A DNA stretch of 34,572 nt from Nitrospirae bacterium CG2_30_53_67 (GTDB taxonomy: Bacteria > CG2-30-53-67). Position numbers and translations under genes: made by a program. Shown here one piece after another: positions 11,926 through 21,875 of this stretch. The DNA lies in NCBI GenBank assembly GCA_001873285.1, contig MNYV01000075.1:1-34572 (forward strand), written 5' to 3'. Position 1 is the stretch's first letter, and each line of letters begins with the position of its first letter. Below the pieces are notes generated by a model. The model worked only from the letters and a program-made list of their open reading frames with translations, ran no database searches and was not told where the DNA came from.

Positions 11926-14313
11926 CTATTCCCCGGAAGCCGTGCGTTTCAGACCCTTGATCCCATACGCCGTCAGTTTTTTATGAACCCCGTAGGATAG
12001 GACGAGACGAAGACTGTTTACCCGGCCGCCGATCAAATTTTCGGTCTCTTCGTCCACCAGAATCTGGCCGGGAGAACCGGCCTGCATCAGGGTCAAAGCC
12101 CTTTCCCACGTATGGCCGAAAACGGCATAGGGGATGCCCCCCGTCCTCTCCCGAATCAGGAGATCTCCTGTAGCCACGCCCACTGAAACGCCATACCCGT
12201 TCATGTCTTCCTGGGGCAGCCCTTCACCAAAACGTGAAAAAATCTTGAGAAGGTCAACGGATGCAAGAACCGCCCGCCAGGGGTCTCCATGATCAGGAAA
12301 GGGAAGCCCAAAAATCCCCATGACGCCTACGCCGGCATCCCCTGCCGCATCTCCGCTGTGCCGGGCAATGACTTCCCGAACTTTCCGGAGATGCTGTTCG
12401 ATCCTCCGGATCCTTTTGGAAGCCTCCGGGTCTTTCTGCATGGCCTCATTCTCATGGAGATGGACCGAGAGCACGGTCACCTTGTATTCTCCTTCCATCT
12501 TATCGAGAACCGGGGAGTTGTGGAAAACCTTTTCGGAAAGCCTCTGGGAGAGCCCCCCTTCATAACATTCACGGATCCAGCGGCCGTTCTCGAACTCCTC
12601 ATAAAGACGGTGATTCACAATGGCAATGGCCGCCTGTCTCGAAAGGACCTGCAGGATCTCAAGATCTTTATCTGTAAACGGACCTTCGCGCATCGGGTCG
12701 GAGAGATTGATGACGCCGAGGACTTTCCCCTCATGAAGCACCGGCGCCGAAAGCAGGGTCCCGGATCGATACCGGTCCCGCTTGAAGGGAACAAAACGGG
12801 GATCCTTTTCTATGTCCTCGATCAGAAGCGGCTCACCCTTCTGAGCCACGTAACCGGCTATGGCCTCACCGACCAACAGCCGTGTTTTTTGTGCGATCTC
12901 ATCCTGGAGCCCCCGGTAGGCCTTGACCACAAGGTCCCCTTTGTCCTCCCGGAGGAGCATAATCGATACGCTTTTCACAGAGATCTTCTCACAGATCATC
13001 TCCACAATCAAATCAAGCACCACATCCAGATCAAAGAGCATGGAGACGGCCTGGCTCAGGTCCACCGATGCCAGCATCTCAAAAACCTTCTGTTCCTTCT
13101 CCGATTCCCTGGCCATGAGAGAAAGGACCTCTTTATTCAGCTTCAGGGTGGCTGACCGCACCTGCTCATCGAGCGCCTCTTTGAGCCGGCGATTTTCCTC
13201 CTCAAGGGCCTGCAGGCGCTCCGCCGTGACCTCGGTTCCTCCGTTTTTTTCCGCTCCGGCCTCCCTGACCGGGACCGTCTTTTCCCCGGGATCCTTTTCA
13301 GGTCTTGGATCCTTATCCTCCTGCTTTTCAAAAGCAAGGGACTGCTGCATCCAGCCGGTCATCATCTCTTCATACGAGGAGAGGACCTCCCGTTCAGCAG
13401 GGGAAAAGGCATCCCTTCCTTTTCTGCCGAAAACAACCATCCCTTCCATCTCCCCCACACGGATACGGATCGAGAGCAGGCTGACAAGCCTTCGAGCTTC
13501 AAAAAAGTCCTTTTCATCCTTCTCCTTCCTGAGGTCAGGGTAATAGGCCTCCTCTCTCTTGATGGATCTCAATAACCAAGGAATCCGCTGCTGGCCCAAA
13601 AGAACCTCACCGATCTTTCCTCCCTGGTCCCGTTCCAGACCCCGCAGATTCCCATCCGGATCCAGGAGGAGAACCGAGCAGAAATCAACCTCGATGGGCG
13701 GGTCGTTTTCCAGAATTTTCTGAATGCAGTCTTTAAGACCCGGAGGGGGGCTGAAAGCAGGGATGCCGCGCACCAGCTTTCGCTGTCCGTGATATAGCGA
13801 TAGAATCCGATCCGCTCTTAAGACCACCGAATAAACAATCCCGGCGAACACAAAGTAGAGAAAAACGATCCCGCCGAGTTCCAGGTTCCATCCCTCGGAT
13901 ACCACCGAGGTGTAAAACGCATGATACAGGGTCATCACCGAAGGGATCAGGGCAATGGGAAACCAGGCCCACCTCCGATTGTAGCAGAGACCGATCCCCA
14001 GCATCAGGACAGGAATCGTCAAATACCACTGGACAGAAAGCCCCTTCATCTGGATCAGGGAAGAAACCGCGAAGACATCCAGAAAATAGATGCCGATCGC
14101 TACCCCCTGTTGAATCCGTCTGGTGTAGCGGACCAGGAGCATAATTTCCGATACGGCAAAATACCCCAAAGCCGGCCAGAGAGGGAAGAATCTGCCGGAT
14201 TCGATCAAGACGTAAACCGTCCATGCGATCAGAAGGAATACGGCAAACCTCAGGATAATGAAAGTCCATGACCGATGAATGGAGTCGTCTATTCTGTTGT
14301 TCCAAAACCTCAT
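11926..14313 (-). CDS. Membrane protein with GAF domains, coiled coil and degenerate class III nucleotide cyclase-like domain
   Basis: Hydrophobic N-terminal ~160 aa; GAF motifs GEAIAGYVAQKGEPLLIEDIEKDPRF, LLSAPV..GKVLGVINLSD, FTDKDLEILQVLSRQAAIAI; C-terminus VTVL..MGIFGLP..VGVATGD..YAVFG..GQILVDEET. ATGA overlap with the uvrC stop. Confidence 0.8.
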   Translation of the reverse strand: MRFWNNRIDDSIHRSWTFIILRFAVFLLIAWTVYVLIESGRFFPLWPALGYFAVSEIMLLVRYTRRIQQGVAIGIYFLDVFAVSSLIQMKGLSVQWYLTIPVLMLGIGLCYNRRWAWFPIALIPSVMTLYHAFYTSVVSEGWNLELGGIVFLYFVFAGIVYSVVLRADRILSLYHGQRKLVRGIPAFSPPPGLKDCIQKILENDPPIEVDFCSVLLLDPDGNLRGLERDQGGKIGEVLLGQQRIPWLLRSIKREEAYYPDLRKEKDEKDFFEARRLVSLLSIRIRVGEMEGMVVFGRKGRDAFSPAEREVLSSYEEMMTGWMQQSLAFEKQEDKDPRPEKDPGEKTVPVREAGAEKNGGTEVTAERLQALEEENRRLKEALDEQVRSATLKLNKEVLSLMARESEKEQKVFEMLASVDLSQAVSMLFDLDVVLDLIVEMICEKISVKSVSIMLLREDKGDLVVKAYRGLQDEIAQKTRLLVGEAIAGYVAQKGEPLLIEDIEKDPRFVPFKRDRYRSGTLLSAPVLHEGKVLGVINLSDPMREGPFTDKDLEILQVLSRQAAIAIVNHRLYEEFENGRWIRECYEGGLSQRLSEKVFHNSPVLDKMEGEYKVTVLSVHLHENEAMQKDPEASKRIRRIEQHLRKVREVIARHSGDAAGDAGVGVMGIFGLPFPDHGDPWRAVLASVDLLKIFSRFGEGLPQEDMNGYGVSVGVATGDLLIRERTGGIPYAVFGHTWERALTLMQAGSPGQILVDEETENLIGGRVNSLRLVLSYGVHKKLTAYGIKGLKRTASGE

Positions 14314-16163
14314 TTCGTCAACCCAGCTTCCTGGCGCAGGATATTGAAAACGCGGGAGGCCGCGTCAAGATTCATGGAAGGGGCCTGAGCCAGATCTTTC
14401 AGACTCGCCCGGCGCACCCTCTCCAGACTGCCGAAATGCCGCAGCAGCGAGAGGGTCCGGGTCTTTCCTATCCCCTTGATCTCTTTTAAACGCGAGGTCA
14501 GGGTGTCTCGGGTGTGCAGTTTTCTGTAGTACGTCACCGCAAATCTGTGGGACTCGTCTCTGATTCTCTGAATCAGATGGATCACCGGATCGGCGGGGTC
14601 CAAAACGACCGGCTCCCTGCGCCCTGGCAGATAGATCCGGTCAACGCCGTTCTTTCCGGCATCAGGGTCCCCGGGCTTTGCCAGGGCCATGAAATCCGTA
14701 CCCTCAGTAAACCCTTGCTCACCGGCGACGTGGAGCAAGATATTGAGCTGCCCTTTTCCTCCGTCTATGAGGATGAGGTCGGGCATGGGAAGAGCAGCAT
14801 CCTCCCCGGAGCCATAACGGCGCGTGAGGACCTCGAAGATCATGGCATAATCATTGGGGCCTTCCACCGACTGGATCCTGTAGTGCCGGTAATGGGATTT
14901 CAAGGGTTTCCCTTTCTCAAAAACGACCATGGACGCTACGGGATATTCCCCCTGGATATTCGAGATGTCAAACGCCTCGATCCGGAGCGGGAGCTTCTTT
15001 AAACCCGCCGCATCCTGCAGATCTTTCAGAATAACCAGATCCCGGTCTCTCTGATTGAGATGGGACTGCAGGGCAAGCGCTGCATTTTCGTCGGCCATAC
15101 GGACCAGCTTGAGGTTGATGCCCCTCTGCGGGACCCTCATCCTCACCCGGCGCCCGCCTACGGCTGAAAAGGCCTTTTCCATGGTCTCCGTCTCCGATTC
15201 CGCAAACGCGAAGGGGGCAAAAATCAAGGGCGGGATGAGCCTCTCTTTGCTGTAATACTGCATCATAGTCGTCCTGAGTATCTCCTCCTCTTTCTCGTCT
15301 CCGGGCCGTTCGATAAAAAAGTCTTCCTTCCCGAGCAGCTTTCCGCCCCGGACGAAGAGAATCTCCGCGCATACCGTTTCACCGCTCATCGCCGTACCGA
15401 AGACATCCTTGTCCTCCATGTTCGGGCTGATGATCTTTTGCTGCTCGGTCATCTTCTCGATGCGCCTGATCTGGTCCCGGATCACGGCTGCTTTCTCGAA
15501 TTCGAGGGACCTGGATGCCTGTTCCATCTTCGTGGAAAGTTCACGGATCAACGGCCGGTTCTTCCCCTGCAAAAAAAGAACGGCCTGCCGAACCATCCGG
15601 GAATATTCGGCCTTGGATATCGAACCGGTACACGGAGCGAGGCATCTTCCGATCTGGGCGTTCAGGCAGGGTCTCTCCCTTTTCCCATCTATCCTGTTTT
15701 TGCATTTCCTGAGCGGGAAGGTCTTTTCGATGAGGTCCAGGGTCGTACGCAGGTGACTCCCTGGAACGTAAGGCCCGAAATACCTGGACCTGTCCCTGCC
15801 GATCTTACGGACCACATCCAGTTTGGGATAATCCTCCTTGACCGAAAGCCGAAGATAGGGATAATGCTTGTCGTCCCTCAGGAGGATGTTGTATTTCGGC
15901 CTGTTCTTCTTGATCAGATTGCTCTCAAGAATATACGCCTCTGCCTCAGAACCGGTCACCATGAAATCGATCCGTTGGACCTTCGAGAGCATGACCTCGG
16001 TCTTGGGCGTGAGTTTGGCCGAAGCAAGAAAGTAGGCCCTGACCCTGGATCTCAAATCCTTGGCTTTTCCGATATAGAGGATATCCCCCTGCCGGTCCTT
16101 CATGAGGTAGACGCCGGGAGACCTGGACATTCGATCGACAGTTTCCAGTAAAGATTCATTCAT
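14310..16163 (-). CDS. uvrC: Excinuclease ABC subunit C
   Basis: PGVYLM..LYIGKAKDLRSRV, PKYNILLRDDKHYPY, RIEAFDISN, PDLILIDGGKGQL, IRDESHRFA, C-terminal HhH IKGIG. Confidence 0.98.
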   Translation of the reverse strand: MNESLLETVDRMSRSPGVYLMKDRQGDILYIGKAKDLRSRVRAYFLASAKLTPKTEVMLSKVQRIDFMVTGSEAEAYILESNLIKKNRPKYNILLRDDKHYPYLRLSVKEDYPKLDVVRKIGRDRSRYFGPYVPGSHLRTTLDLIEKTFPLRKCKNRIDGKRERPCLNAQIGRCLAPCTGSISKAEYSRMVRQAVLFLQGKNRPLIRELSTKMEQASRSLEFEKAAVIRDQIRRIEKMTEQQKIISPNMEDKDVFGTAMSGETVCAEILFVRGGKLLGKEDFFIERPGDEKEEEILRTTMMQYYSKERLIPPLIFAPFAFAESETETMEKAFSAVGGRRVRMRVPQRGINLKLVRMADENAALALQSHLNQRDRDLVILKDLQDAAGLKKLPLRIEAFDISNIQGEYPVASMVVFEKGKPLKSHYRHYRIQSVEGPNDYAMIFEVLTRRYGSGEDAALPMPDLILIDGGKGQLNILLHVAGEQGFTEGTDFMALAKPGDPDAGKNGVDRIYLPGRREPVVLDPADPVIHLIQRIRDESHRFAVTYYRKLHTRDTLTSRLKEIKGIGKTRTLSLLRHFGSLERVRRASLKDLAQAPSMNLDAASRVFNILRQEAGLTK

Positions 16164-16290
16164 TGAAATATCCCATAATCAAATACTATTTCTGGTTCCC
16201 TATTTCTGGTTCTTCTCCTCTACGAGCCATCGGCCATTTAGTGGGTAAAATAAGGGTTCAAGGGGTCCAGGGGTCAAGGATTCAAGTGAA

Positions 16291-16321
16291 CCCCGTTAGA
16301 GAGATGATCTCTCTAACGGGG
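16291..16321. repeat. Nested palindrome CCCCGTTAGAGAGAT-G-ATCTCTCTAACGGGG
   Basis: Perfect 15-bp inverted repeat flanked by TGAA on both sides; absent from the equivalent site of copies 1-3. Confidence 0.9.
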
Positions 16322-16434
16322 TGAAATACTGATACCGGTGAACCTAGTACAAGAACGCAAACAAAATCTCCAGAGAAAAGCACTTGAACCCTTGGACCCT
16401 AGTACCCTCGGCCCCTTATGTTTTTAGCACTTCA

Positions 16435-16462
16435 CCCCGTTAGAGGACAACCTCTAACGGGG
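16435..16462. repeat. Nested palindrome CCCCGTTAGAGG-ACAA-CCTCTAACGGGG
   Basis: Perfect 12-bp inverted repeat flanked by TTCA on both sides; the other copies read AGCACTTCACTTG at this site. Confidence 0.9.
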
Positions 16463-16532
16463 TTCACTTGACCCCTTGAATCCTTGACCCCTTGACCCCT
16501 GATGTTTTCACCCACTCTTTTTGAGATGTTCC

Positions 16533-18536
16533 CTACTTTTTTATCGCCTGGACGCCGATCAGCCTCTCTTTCATGGCGAGGAATTGATCCCGAAGGACCG
16601 AGGCCTTTTCAAATTCCAGGTTCCTGGCCGCATTCAGCATCTCCGCCTCCAGATCCCTGATCTTCCGATCGATCTCCTCGTCTGACAAGTAGGCTTCACC
16701 CGGTTCAGCGACAACCGACACCGTGATATAATCCGCCTCGCAGATCTGTACAAGCCCTTTGGGGATCGCCTTCATGATGGTCTGCGGCGTAATCCCCATC
16801 CGATGGTTGTATGCTTCCTGAGTCTTCCTCCTCCTGCTGGTTTCCCGCATCGCGTTTCGCATGGAATCAGTGATCCGATCGGCATAGAGAATCACCTGTC
16901 CGGAGGCGTTCCGGGCAGCGCGCCCCGTGGTCTGGATCAGGGACCGCTCGGATCGAAGAAAACCTTCCTTGTCTGCATCCAGAACTGCTACGAGCGAGAC
17001 TTCGGGGAGGTCCAGACCCTCCCGAAGAAGATTGATCCCGATCAGGACATCAAAGTCCCCTTTGCGAAGAGACCGGAGGATCTCCATCCGTTCGATGGTC
17101 TGAATGTCCGAATGAAGGTATTTCACTCGTACACCCAGTTCGGAATAATAGTCCGTCAGATCCTCGGCCATCTTCTTGGTCAGCGTTGTCACAAGGACCC
17201 GTTCGTTCCGCTCCGCCCTGATCCTGATCTCGTTTAAAAGATCATCCACCTGTCCGTTGGCCGACCGGATGAAGATCTCAGGGTCGAGCAGGCCTGTCGG
17301 GCGGATGATCTGCTCCGCCACGGATGCCCCGGCCTTTTCCATCTCATATTGTGCGGGCGTGGCGGAAACGTAAATGACCTGTCCGGCCAGCCCCTCAAAT
17401 TCGTCGAACCGGAGCGGGCGATTATCAAAGGCTGAAGGGAGACGGAAACCGTATTCGACCAGATTCTCCTTCCTGGACCGGTCTCCCCGATACATGCCGT
17501 TGAGCTGAGGGACGGTGATATGGCTCTCATCGATCACTACAAGGGTATCCCGGGGAAGATAATCAATCAAAGTGGGCGGCGGCTCCCCCGGCAGTCTGCC
17601 CGTGAGATGACGAGAATAGTTTTCGATCCCCTGGCAGTATCCGACCTCCTGAATCATCTCAAGATCAAAGAGGGTGCGCTGTTCGAGCCGCTGTGCCTCC
17701 ACCAGTTTGTTCTGCCGCTCCAGTTCCGCCACCCTCTCCTGCAGCTCTTTACGGATCTCCCGGACTGCTTTCTCTATTCTTTCCTTTGGAGTGACATAGT
17801 GGCTCTTCGGGTAAACGGCGATCTTGGGCAGGCGGCGGATCCTATCCCCGGTCAGGAAATCCACTTCATAGATGGATTCCACCAGATCTCCAAAGAATTC
17901 CACTCGGATGGCTGTATCGGCATAGCTCGGCAGAATCTGTACCACATCCCCCCTGACGCGGAACGTCCCCCTCTTGTATTCGAACTCATTCCGCTGGTAC
18001 TGGATCTCCACCAGCTTGCGCAGCATGGCGTCCCTGTCTATTTCGCACCCCTCTTCGAGATGGACCAGCATCCCGTGATAAGCCTCGGGCGAACCGAGAC
18101 CATAGATACAGGATACGGACGCCACGATGATCACGTCGTTCCTTTCCAGGAGCGAGTGGGTGGCCGAGTGGCGCAGCTTGTCGATCTCATCATTGATCGA
18201 GGCGTCTTTTTCGATATAGGTGTCGGACTGAGGGATGTATGCCTCGGGCTGGTAATAATCATAGTAACTGACAAAATACTCCACGGCATTCTCAGGGAAA
18301 AAAAACTTGAACTCGTTATAAAGCTGTGCCGCCAGGGTCTTGTTGGGCGCAATCACCAGGGTGGTCTTCTGAACCTCCTCAATCACCTTGGCCATGGTAA
18401 ATGTTTTTCCCGAACCGGTCACCCCTAAAAGCACCATATGGGACCGGCCTTCCTGCACCCATGCAGACAACCGTTTGATGGCCTCAGACTGGTCGCCGCA
18501 TGGTTCGAACTCCGAGCAGACACGAAATGACGTCAT
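16533..18536 (-). CDS. uvrB: Excinuclease ABC subunit B
   Basis: [61 protein letters not shown]-terminal UVR domain. Confidence 0.98.
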   Translation of the reverse strand: MTSFRVCSEFEPCGDQSEAIKRLSAWVQEGRSHMVLLGVTGSGKTFTMAKVIEEVQKTTLVIAPNKTLAAQLYNEFKFFFPENAVEYFVSYYDYYQPEAYIPQSDTYIEKDASINDEIDKLRHSATHSLLERNDVIIVASVSCIYGLGSPEAYHGMLVHLEEGCEIDRDAMLRKLVEIQYQRNEFEYKRGTFRVRGDVVQILPSYADTAIRVEFFGDLVESIYEVDFLTGDRIRRLPKIAVYPKSHYVTPKERIEKAVREIRKELQERVAELERQNKLVEAQRLEQRTLFDLEMIQEVGYCQGIENYSRHLTGRLPGEPPPTLIDYLPRDTLVVIDESHITVPQLNGMYRGDRSRKENLVEYGFRLPSAFDNRPLRFDEFEGLAGQVIYVSATPAQYEMEKAGASVAEQIIRPTGLLDPEIFIRSANGQVDDLLNEIRIRAERNERVLVTTLTKKMAEDLTDYYSELGVRVKYLHSDIQTIERMEILRSLRKGDFDVLIGINLLREGLDLPEVSLVAVLDADKEGFLRSERSLIQTTGRAARNASGQVILYADRITDSMRNAMRETSRRRKTQEAYNHRMGITPQTIMKAIPKGLVQICEADYITVSVVAEPGEAYLSDEEIDRKIRDLEAEMLNAARNLEFEKASVLRDQFLAMKERLIGVQAIKK

Positions 18537-18566
18537 GATGGATCCCTGCGGTTCTGATTTTCCTTT

Positions 18567-18595
18567 ATTTTATAATAGTTTTCATTGCCTGTCAA
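18567..18595 (-). promoter_or_regulatory. sigma70-type promoter for uvrB
   Basis: Minus strand TTGACA-N17-TAAAAT, about 30 bp upstream of the ATG. Confidence 0.7.
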
Positions 18596-18774
18596 ACCCC
18601 GAAAAGAGCGATAGGACGGCGCCGATACAAGGGGAGCGTACTCCCTAAAAGGTCCGTCAAAGGCTATAAGTTGTTTATTTGTTCACTGAGGAGTTCTAAA
18701 ATTAACAAATTAACACTTATTGGATATAGAGCCCAGGCTGAACGAGATCTGTGGTTACAGGCATCTTCCCCCCC

Positions 18775-21045
18775 TCACTTCTTAACCAAAACTTCCTGTT
18801 CAAGGATTTTATACATGGTCAGGAGGGAGATCAGCCATGAAAGGGTGGACTCTGCGCCCTGATTCGCATTCACTCCGGTAGGCTGAATGCCGTCGCAGCA
18901 GCCCCCTGTTTCAAAATCATAGATCTGTACATTGAGGTCGTTTCGTCCCAGAAACCAGCTGAGACAGCGGTACCCCTCTTCAATCCACTTCCTCTCGCCA
19001 GTGGCACGAAAGGCCTCGGCACAGGCTTCGATCAGGCACATGGCTTCAATCGGTTGTTGATCAAAGGTAGATGAATCGCCTTCCCTGTTGTGCCAATCCG
19101 TATTCCCGATGATGGAGAGGTGACCTTCAGGCGCCTTCTGTCTGGCAAGCAGCCAGTTCAGGCTGTTGATCCCCATCTCGAACATTTCCGTGTGCGGTAT
19201 CCATTGGCCGGCCAGGATCAGTGCATGGGACAACTTGGCATTGGCATAGGTCACCTGATCTTCACACCACGGCCAGTCGTGAGAGGCCCTTTGCTTAAAG
19301 AGGTCAAACAGTTTTTCCCCAAGGACTGCGCGCAACCGACGGGCCGTCGTGTCCCCGCCGAATGCTTCCATATAGGCCTGCAGGCCGACAATGGCAAAGG
19401 CCCATGCCCTGGGTGACGTAAAGTTTTCCAGCGCAGGAAGACCCTCTGAAAAGAGACCCGCAGCCATTTTCCGGATCGAGTCACTCGGCGCGCATTTCAC
19501 GGCAGTGCCCAGCCCCCAGAGGGACCGGCCGTGGGAATCTTCACTTCCCATCTCTTCAAGCCAGCGTCTGTCATAGGACATGAAGTTTCTGAAGCGAGCG
19601 TTTCCCGGATTGAAAGAGTCGTTCATAAAGGAAAGATAGGTCTGAATCAACGGGACCACACCTTTATCCTTGAGCAGGGAGTAGTGCATGCAGGCAACAA
19701 TGAGCGCCCTGGCGTTATCATCGGCGCAGTAGCCATGGCTTCGGTCGGGGATGGAGTATTTCGCGTGCTGAAGCATCCCGGTGTCATCGGTCATGATTCT
19801 CATATGTTTCAAGTTGATGTCAGGAAGTTCACTGACGATCCTGGCATCCGGTCTTTCCGAAAATTGTGGTATGGCCTGGTCTTTTGTGTGCGTGAGCACT
19901 TTACCGATTAGCTTGAAGTAGCTTCGTCCCACTTCCTTCCAGATCATGGACCGGCCGAACCGGTAACACTTCTCGCGGATCTCCATGCGTTCTTCTTCAT
20001 GATCCAGCAAGTGGTTGACGGCTTCGGCCATGGCGTGATCGTCGTTGAAAGGGACGAGGCGCCCTCTCCCATCAGCCAGCATCTCCTTGGCATACCAGTA
20101 AGGCGTGGAAACAGCGGGGGTCCCCATGCCCGTACTATAGGCCAGGGTGCCGGATACGATCTGTTGTTCGTTAATGTATGGCGTGATATAGATGTCGGCC
20201 GCCGTGATATATTGAATCAGTGTGTCCATCCTGACAAAACGGTTCCGAAACAGGACATGATCGTTCATACCGAGCCGGTTGACCAGCTGATAAAGGCCTT
20301 GTTGGTAGGAATCTCCGGATTCCTTCACAACGTATGGATGGATTTGCCCGAGAATAATATAAACCGCATCGGGGTGGCGCTCAATAATCCCGGGCATGGC
20401 CTTGATCATCATGTCAAGCCCCTTTGCCGGGCTCAACAGGCCAAAGGTTAAAAGAATCTTATTCTCGCTCAAGCCAAGGTGATTTCGAAAGGTATCGGAC
20501 CTTTTAAAGGGAGTGTCAGGAATCCCGTGAGGGATGAATTCTATTTTTGAGTCGTCGATGCCGTACACTTCCTTCAACATCGAACGGGCCTTGTGGGCCA
20601 TGACCACCAATGATTCGGAATATCTTGCCAGTTCCTGAATGATGACACGCTGTTTGCCGAAAGGGTCCTGGAGGATTGTATGCAAGGTGGTAATGACCGG
20701 CATTCTCAGATTCTTGATCAGACGGATGATGTAGGCGCCGTCACTTCCCCCAAAAATGCCGAATTCGTGCTGGAGGATGGCGACATCGAATTTGTGCACA
20801 TTCAGAAAATCAGCGGCACGGATATAATCAGGCTGGACATTTGCTCTAATCTGGAACTTGACCCGGTCCGGGTAGTGATACCCTTCATCCATATCATCCA
20901 TGGCCACGGCGATGAGATTTTCATCGCTCTTTTCCATCTGACCTGCAAGGGCATCACACAGATCGCCAGTAAAGGTTGCAATACCGCACTGCCTGGGGAG
21001 GTAATTTCCTATGACTGCTATTTTTTTCAATGATTCTGTCCCCAA
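18775..21045 (-). CDS. GT4 glycosyltransferase fused to a C-terminal six-hairpin glycosidase-like domain
   Basis: N-terminal PRQCGIATFT, QHEFGIFGG, TLHT, IPHG, TFGLLSPAKG, SGTLAY, VSTPYWYA; C-terminal DDTGMLQHA, YCADDNARAL, EDSHGR, FDQQPIEA, WFLGRN, NQGAESTLSWL. Start is TTG 21045 or TTG 21030. Confidence 0.85.
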   Translation of the reverse strand: MGTESLKKIAVIGNYLPRQCGIATFTGDLCDALAGQMEKSDENLIAVAMDDMDEGYHYPDRVKFQIRANVQPDYIRAADFLNVHKFDVAILQHEFGIFGGSDGAYIIRLIKNLRMPVITTLHTILQDPFGKQRVIIQELARYSESLVVMAHKARSMLKEVYGIDDSKIEFIPHGIPDTPFKRSDTFRNHLGLSENKILLTFGLLSPAKGLDMMIKAMPGIIERHPDAVYIILGQIHPYVVKESGDSYQQGLYQLVNRLGMNDHVLFRNRFVRMDTLIQYITAADIYITPYINEQQIVSGTLAYSTGMGTPAVSTPYWYAKEMLADGRGRLVPFNDDHAMAEAVNHLLDHEEERMEIREKCYRFGRSMIWKEVGRSYFKLIGKVLTHTKDQAIPQFSERPDARIVSELPDINLKHMRIMTDDTGMLQHAKYSIPDRSHGYCADDNARALIVACMHYSLLKDKGVVPLIQTYLSFMNDSFNPGNARFRNFMSYDRRWLEEMGSEDSHGRSLWGLGTAVKCAPSDSIRKMAAGLFSEGLPALENFTSPRAWAFAIVGLQAYMEAFGGDTTARRLRAVLGEKLFDLFKQRASHDWPWCEDQVTYANAKLSHALILAGQWIPHTEMFEMGINSLNWLLARQKAPEGHLSIIGNTDWHNREGDSSTFDQQPIEAMCLIEACAEAFRATGERKWIEEGYRCLSWFLGRNDLNVQIYDFETGGCCDGIQPTGVNANQGAESTLSWLISLLTMYKILEQEVLVKK
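20994..21030. repeat. 37-bp degenerate direct repeat, copy A (coding start of the GT4 fusion gene)
   Basis: tggggaggtaatttcctatgactgctatttttttcaa matches 24932-24968 at 32/37. Confidence 0.85.
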
Positions 21046-21079
21046 AATATAGGGTTTGAGTGTTAAAGAGCTTTAGGGG

Positions 21080-21856
21080 TCAAGGGTCCAAGTGGAATTG
21101 GGAATATTGTTTGCAGAAATTATTTGGCAAAAGCTTCGCTGCTTTTAAATCCAAAAACATATAAACTTTAGATTTTTTTTGCAAGACAGACGCAGGACAT
21201 TTTGGAGTTACTTCTCCCAACAGGCTTTCTGCCAAAATTCTTGACTTTGATTCTCCGCTAACTAAACAAAAAATTTCTTTGGATTTCATAATTTGTTTTA
21301 TTGACATCGTAATAGCTTTTTGAGGCACATTATCAACGGAAGGGAAATATCCTTTTTTAAATTGATTTTTTTTATTAAGATCATCCAATTCAACGACAAT
21401 ATATGGATCTTTTGTTAAAAGATCAGCCGGCGGATCATTAAAAGCAATGTGGCCATTTACCCCAATCCCTATAAATGTCAGGTCAACAACATATTGAGAA
21501 ATTAATTTATTTAATCGGTGACATTCTGTTTCAGCATTTACCGAATCGCCATTAATAAAATGAATTTCTCCGGGATGAACAATATCCACCAACCGTTCTT
21601 TTAAATATTTGCGAAAACTGGCAGGATGTTCTTTGCCAAGACCGATATATTCATCCAAATGAAAAATTGTAATTTTCCTCCAATCAATTCCCGGAAATGC
21701 GGTCAGTTCTTTTAAAAAGGCAATTTGAGTTCTTCCCGCTGCCGCCACCAGGCAAGCCCTGTTTTTTTTATCAATACATTGCTGAATTCTCTCCGTTGCC
21801 AACTTGGCGGCGGCGATAGCTAACTGATTCTCTGTCTCAAATAAATAAACGTTCAT
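21080..21856 (-). CDS. Glucosamine-6-phosphate deaminase/isomerase (NagB-like)
   Basis: FHLDEYIGL..HPASFRKYL, GIGVNGHIAFNDPPA, VPQKAITMSI, CPASVLQ; AT-rich. Confidence 0.85.
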   Translation of the reverse strand: MNVYLFETENQLAIAAAKLATERIQQCIDKKNRACLVAAAGRTQIAFLKELTAFPGIDWRKITIFHLDEYIGLGKEHPASFRKYLKERLVDIVHPGEIHFINGDSVNAETECHRLNKLISQYVVDLTFIGIGVNGHIAFNDPPADLLTKDPYIVVELDDLNKKNQFKKGYFPSVDNVPQKAITMSIKQIMKSKEIFCLVSGESKSRILAESLLGEVTPKCPASVLQKKSKVYMFLDLKAAKLLPNNFCKQYSQFHLDP

Positions 21857-21875
21857 AATTATCAGGGGAATAATT

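Larger units (their letters stand above)
16234..16526. mobile_element. Hairpin MITE-like repeat family A, copy 4, with nested insertions
   Basis: CCATTTAGTGGGTAAAATAAGGG left end and CCTGATGTTTTCACCCACTCTTTTTGAGA right end; contains two nested palindromes and a 21-bp extra segment (16333-16353). Confidence 0.85.

Noticed and set aside
9778..18428. Long plus-strand ORFs (9778-10629, 12289-13155, 15438-16151, 17520-18428)
   Set aside because: Antisense shadows of well-supported high-GC genes, with no motifs.
18600..18775. Possible tRNA or att site at the left edge of the carbohydrate region
   Set aside because: No cloverleaf or T-loop motif, and no matching direct repeat found by eye near 29-30 kb.
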